This document shows, piece by piece, positions 59,841 to 64,000 of a stretch of 64,000 nucleotides of DNA. Position numbers and translations under genes: made by a program. Source of the DNA: Candidatus Kaiserbacteria bacterium (GTDB lineage Bacteria > Patescibacteriota > Minisyncoccia > Phycocordibacterales > JABAAK01). Every line of letters starts with the position of its first letter. Within the stretch, counting starts at the first letter, position 1. The stretch lies in contig JAPOOC010000008.1 of the NCBI GenBank assembly GCA_026713605.1, positions 16,889 to 80,888 on the forward strand. The letters are read 5' to 3'. The notes beneath the pieces were generated by a model. The model saw only the letters and a list, made by a program, of their open reading frames with translations. It made no database searches and had not been told where the DNA came from.

Positions 59841-60734
59841 ATGAAGCGTACTCTTGTGTTCCTGGTGTCTTGCGTGTTGGTTGGTTCGATCGGTTGGGGG
59901 ATGTATGTGTTTGCTCGTGCTGTTTTTGACATTGAAACCTATGAAGATGGGGTCCCCACCTTTCCGGAAGATCCTTCTTTTGTTCAGAAAAAAGTAAAAG
60001 ATGCAATACGGACTATGCGTACTGATCTTGGAGATTGGACGCCGGAAGCGTTGGACGATATTATACGGTCAGCCGCGCGCTTGTCTGCTGTTGGCGACCA
60101 AGTTTCCTTCATCTCGGAGCAATTTTTGGGTACGCCGTATATGGGTAATACGCTTACCGGAGACGAGGACGGTTCTGAGTATCTTACGGTTAACCTTGCC
60201 GGGCTGGATTGCTTCACCTACCTTGACTATGTGGAGGCGGCTCGTCAATCAGGTTCGTATGGCGCGTTTGTATGGTCATTATTGAGTACTCGGTATAAGG
60301 ATGGGTTTTTGGATTTTCAAGGACGCAACCACTTTTTCTCTGACTGGGTGGAATATAACCATGCTCAGGTTTCTGATGTGACCGGGGAGGTTGGTGGTGA
60401 TGCGGCAGTATCCGTTGCAAAGCAGTTGAATCAGAAAAAAGATGGCAGTGTTTTTCTGGAGGGGATTCCAATAGTGCCACGCACCATCACCTACATACCA
60501 ACCGTTGCTCTTACTGATGAGGTGCTCCAACGACTCCGCACTGGCGATTACATCGGCATCTATACTGATCTTGACGGCCTTGATGTGACGCACACTGGTA
60601 TTTTTATCAACAATGATCGTGGCATCTACCTCCGCCATGCCTCCTCTCGAGAAGGAGTGCAACAAGTTCTTGATGACGATTTCCTCACCTATCTCAAGGA
60701 CAAGCCAGGTATTGTGGTCTATCGTCCGCAGTAG
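59841..60734 (+). CDS. DUF1460 (AmiA-like NlpC/P60 amidase)
   Basis: FLGTPY, LDCFTYLDYVEA, RNHFFSDW, VTHTG, HASS. Confidence 0.9.
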   Translation: MKRTLVFLVSCVLVGSIGWGMYVFARAVFDIETYEDGVPTFPEDPSFVQKKVKDAIRTMRTDLGDWTPEALDDIIRSAARLSAVGDQVSFISEQFLGTPYMGNTLTGDEDGSEYLTVNLAGLDCFTYLDYVEAARQSGSYGAFVWSLLSTRYKDGFLDFQGRNHFFSDWVEYNHAQVSDVTGEVGGDAAVSVAKQLNQKKDGSVFLEGIPIVPRTITYIPTVALTDEVLQRLRTGDYIGIYTDLDGLDVTHTGIFINNDRGIYLRHASSREGVQQVLDDDFLTYLKDKPGIVVYRPQ

Positions 60735-60779
60735 TTAAGCCCTTGCAGTAAATAGGTAATCTTGTATACTGTAGAACAC

Positions 60780-62051
60780 ATGCAGCCCAATCAGAGAATA
60801 GAAGAAATAAAAATTGAGGATCTTAAGCTCTGGAGTGAAAACCCAAGAGATCCCATTCAAGATGGCATGTCTGATTTTGAGATACTGAGTAGAGCAGTGA
60901 AGGATGACAAGAAAAAGTGGAATTTGACAAAGCTCATTGGAGAGATGGGGGCATATTATGACACAAGTGAGTTGCCAACGGTTGTTCTGCGCGGTAAAAG
61001 ATACATTGTGTATGACGGCAATAGAAGAGTGGCTATAATTAAATACCTTCAGCACCCTGAGTGGAGTAGTGAGATTGAAAGGTCCCTTTTTCCGACATCA
61101 GAGCCAGAAAACTTGAAAAACATGAAGCGGATACCATGCAATGTGTGTGATGAGGAAACAGCATTAAATAATATTGAGAGAAAGCATGTAAACAGCGGGT
61201 CATGGAAACAGCTGGATAGAGATTATTTTGAGCACATTCATCGTGGTAAGGAGAAGAGTTTGTTTCTGAAGTTTGAGGAGGCGACAGGGTTAATAAGCCA
61301 GCATTCTTTTTTGAATGAAAATATTATGAAAAATGATATTCTGACTGAAGGAAATCTCGAGGATATAGGGTTTTCCTTTGGTTCGGATGGTGTGTTGGTA
61401 TCCATGTATTCTGGTAATGATGCAGAGAAGATTTTGAAAAAAATTGTTGAGTTGAAAAAGTCAGGAACAATAGGATCAAGAGGTGAGCATAAATACGATA
61501 TGCAGACACCTCTTTCTAACGATAAGACATTGTCATTAAAAAGATTTAGATCCAAAGGTTCAGCACCTGTTATATTTCCAAAAATTGAAAACCCCTCTTT
61601 GCCAAGTCAAAGAAAAACAAAGAGAACAAAAACCGAAAGACCTCAATTTTTTGGACCTTCGCTTTCTCTGAAAGAGGGTGCAGCAAACGATGTGTATCGT
61701 GATATACTGGACCTGTATGAATTTTACAAGAGTAGAAGGGATGATCTCTCAACAACTTTTCCAAATTTGATACGGATGTCATTGAGGGTTCTGGTGGAGG
61801 CGGCGATGGGTAAGGGTGGAAAAATAGATTCATACATTAAGCAAAACTTTAAAGAGGCAAAAAAAGTTTTGACGAAAGATGAGAGGACAACACTTTCCAA
61901 TTATTCAGTTAGCAACTCTAAAAAATTGATTCAGCTGCTTCAAACGGGGGCGCATCAGTACTCAAGCTCCTCAAATATTGAGCAGATAGTCGCCATGTCT
62001 ATCATCATAGGTGCAATGCTAAAAATAACACACTCAAAAGAAGATGAGTAA
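60780..62051 (+). CDS. ParB/Srx-like N-terminal domain protein, possible HEPN-like C-terminus
   Basis: ENPR, VYDGNRRVA; C-terminal LRVLVE...GAH. Confidence 0.75.
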   Translation: MQPNQRIEEIKIEDLKLWSENPRDPIQDGMSDFEILSRAVKDDKKKWNLTKLIGEMGAYYDTSELPTVVLRGKRYIVYDGNRRVAIIKYLQHPEWSSEIERSLFPTSEPENLKNMKRIPCNVCDEETALNNIERKHVNSGSWKQLDRDYFEHIHRGKEKSLFLKFEEATGLISQHSFLNENIMKNDILTEGNLEDIGFSFGSDGVLVSMYSGNDAEKILKKIVELKKSGTIGSRGEHKYDMQTPLSNDKTLSLKRFRSKGSAPVIFPKIENPSLPSQRKTKRTKTERPQFFGPSLSLKEGAANDVYRDILDLYEFYKSRRDDLSTTFPNLIRMSLRVLVEAAMGKGGKIDSYIKQNFKEAKKVLTKDERTTLSNYSVSNSKKLIQLLQTGAHQYSSSSNIEQIVAMSIIIGAMLKITHSKEDE

Positions 62052-62859
62052 ATCTCCACTCAGGTATCCTGGAGGAAAAGCAAAGTTTAGCGGATACTTT
62101 GCTGATATTTTGAAAAAGAAGGACATACAATCCCCTATGTTTGTTGAGCCATATTGTGGTGGCGCGGGAGCTGCTATAAAACTTTTATTGTCTGGAATGG
62201 TCGGAAAGATATATTTAAATGATATTGATAGAAGTATTTATGCCTTTTGGCACTCTGTTCGCAATGAGAATGAACGATTGGTGCGGAAAATTATGAAAAC
62301 TTTAATTACACTTGATGAATTTGACAAACAGAAAGTTATTCAATCAAAAAAAGATAGCGTTGATTTATTTACTCTGGGATTCTCAACCTTATTTTTAAAT
62401 AGGACAACATTTTCTGGTATTATTTCTGGCGGACCTATTGGGGGGAGGAAGCAGTCAGGTGCATATCTCCTTGATTGTAGATTCAACCGAAGGGAAATTG
62501 CAAGGCGGGTACAAAGAATTGGAGAATATAAAAAGCAAATAAGAATTTTTAACAAGGATGCGGAAGATTTTTTAAATTTGTCAACAATCAATAATCTGCC
62601 AAAGGAGAGAGCAATCTTTTATGTAGACCCACCGTATGTTGAAAAAGGCCCGTCCTTGTATTTGAGTATATATACACTTGAAGATCATGCGAAGATAGAA
62701 AAATTGTTGCGAGGGTGTGATAAGCATGTATATGTTTCCTATGACGACTGTAAAGAGATACGAGAAATTTATAGCAAATGGAGTAAGCAAAAAGTGGTTG
62801 TGCCACATCATGCTGGTCAATTTAAAATGGGCAAGGAAGTTATTCTGTCTATGCAGTAG
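62044..62859 (+). CDS. Dam/D12-class N6-adenine DNA methyltransferase
   Basis: SPLRYPGGK, VEPYCGG, FLNRT.FSG, YVDPPY, VSYD. Confidence 0.93.
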   Translation: MSKSPLRYPGGKAKFSGYFADILKKKDIQSPMFVEPYCGGAGAAIKLLLSGMVGKIYLNDIDRSIYAFWHSVRNENERLVRKIMKTLITLDEFDKQKVIQSKKDSVDLFTLGFSTLFLNRTTFSGIISGGPIGGRKQSGAYLLDCRFNRREIARRVQRIGEYKKQIRIFNKDAEDFLNLSTINNLPKERAIFYVDPPYVEKGPSLYLSIYTLEDHAKIEKLLRGCDKHVYVSYDDCKEIREIYSKWSKQKVVVPHHAGQFKMGKEVILSMQ

Positions 62860-62988
62860 CGAGCGCAACAAGTTCTTGATGACGATTTCCTCACCTATCT
62901 CAAGAACAAGCCAGGTATTGTGGTCTATCGCCCGCAGTAGTGCCGCTTTGCCGGCAGAGGAGAGTAAAAAGGTGAGTACTATATACAT

Positions 62989-63765
62989 ATGCAGGTATTT
63001 TTTGACACACAAAAGAAGGAGGTAGAGAAATATAGTAGTGAATCACAAAGAATTAGATTTTTGTCTGAACGCTGGGTTGGTAATGAAATCTTTTGTCCGC
63101 ACTGCGGAGAAGGAAGTTTATACCCGTTTGAAAACAATCGACCTGCAGCTGATTTCTATTGTAGGAATTGCAAGGAGGAGTATGAATTAAAAAGCAAGAA
63201 AAATGCTATTGGTGGCGAGGTGTTGGATGGGGCGTATAAAACAATGATTGAGCGACTACAAAATCACAATAATCCACATTTCTTTTTTTTGACCTATAAC
63301 CCTGCGGACTACTCAATTAAAAACTTTATGGTTATACCAAAGCACTTTTTTGTTCCGAGTGTTATTAAGAAGAGGAAGCCCTTATCTTCGAATGCAAGAC
63401 GGGTGGGTTGGGTTGGTTGTAATGTCTTGCTGAAAAATATCTCTGAGAGTGGAAAAATTTTTTATGTCAAAGATGGGTATGTTGAGAAAAGGAGGAATGT
63501 TTTGAAAAATTGGCAGAGAACTTTGTTCTTGAGAGATGCTCGGAAAGCAGAGTTGAGAGGGTGGCTGTTGGATGTTATGTATTGCATAGATACATTAGGC
63601 AGAAAAGAATTCACTTTGCAAGAGATGTACTCTTTTGAAAAGATATTGAATGAAAAACATCCTAACAATGTAAATATAAGACCAAAAATTAGACAGCAAC
63701 TACAGTTTTTGCGAGATAAGAATTATCTTGTTTTTCTTGGTGCTGGAAAGTATAAAGTGAGATAA
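62989..63765 (+). CDS. DpnI / Dam-replacing family methyl-directed endonuclease
   Basis: SQRIR.LSE.WV, CPHCG, NNRPAADFYC..C.EEYELKSK, DGAY.TM, winged helix KIRQQLQ.LRD. Confidence 0.93.
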   Translation: MQVFFDTQKKEVEKYSSESQRIRFLSERWVGNEIFCPHCGEGSLYPFENNRPAADFYCRNCKEEYELKSKKNAIGGEVLDGAYKTMIERLQNHNNPHFFFLTYNPADYSIKNFMVIPKHFFVPSVIKKRKPLSSNARRVGWVGCNVLLKNISESGKIFYVKDGYVEKRRNVLKNWQRTLFLRDARKAELRGWLLDVMYCIDTLGRKEFTLQEMYSFEKILNEKHPNNVNIRPKIRQQLQFLRDKNYLVFLGAGKYKVR

Positions 63766-63788
63766 ATTTTGCTGTATTATGAGGGTAT

Positions 63789-63944
63789 ATGGAGGTATTG
63801 AATAAAAAAGATGAAAGGGATTTATTAGACCAAGCGATGGCGCTTTTAATAAAAGTGCAGTTGGGTAATGGAAATAAAAAGGTGGGGCAAACCCTTGACA
63901 GCATCACGGATGATTTGGACTCTCTTCTCTATGATGAGTATTAA
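63789..63944 (+). CDS. Small hypothetical protein (51 aa)
   Basis: Manual translation MEVLNKKDERDLLDQAMALLIK... Confidence 0.4.
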   Translation: MEVLNKKDERDLLDQAMALLIKVQLGNGNKKVGQTLDSITDDLDSLLYDEY

Positions 63945-64000
63945 GGTCGGATCACTGCGATATTTTTTTACAAATGGTATACTATAAAGGTGTGTCAAAA

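Larger units (their letters stand above)
60655..62940 (+). mobile_element. Integrase-less 2-gene cassette flanked by 80-bp direct repeats (60655-60734 and 62861-62940)
   Basis: Repeats equal the last 80 nt of the DUF1460 gene, 3 mismatches; AT-richer interior. Confidence 0.88.

Overview
This is a chromosomal window from a reduced-genome bacterium, almost certainly Patescibacteria/CPR (Parcubacteria-like). Support: a divergent stand-alone 16S rRNA without an anti-Shine-Dalgarno tail, a split transketolase, a truncated AlaRS, secE-nusG-rplK with no rplA, scattered single tRNAs and type IV pilins; genetic code 11. About 1-42 kb is mostly housekeeping (alaS, gap, rpiB, rpe, 16S, proS, tkt, ahpC, ndk, rplT/rpmI/infC, secE/nusG/rplK, lemA/htpX, miaA, parB, rel, msrA, dnaE, rnhB, mutY); the window holds 10 tRNAs. 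About 43-64 kb is accessory and defence-rich: a Panacea TA pair, a low-GC small protein + GHKL ATPase + N4-cytosine MTase module beside tRNA-Ala, tandem pilins, a repeat-bounded cassette array, a ParB-like + Dam-like MTase cassette, and DpnI. Best leads: (1) a ~650-nt highly structured noncoding transcript with its own promoter and terminator between rnhB and mutY (ROOL/GOLLD-like or new); (2) integrase-less cassettes bounded by duplicated 3' ends of protein-coding genes; (3) the GHKL ATPase/MTase module; (4) a consistent non-SD translation-initiation signature (no anti-SD, leaderless promoters, A1-U72 initiator tRNA). All family calls come from reading motifs by eye; no searches or folding programs were run.
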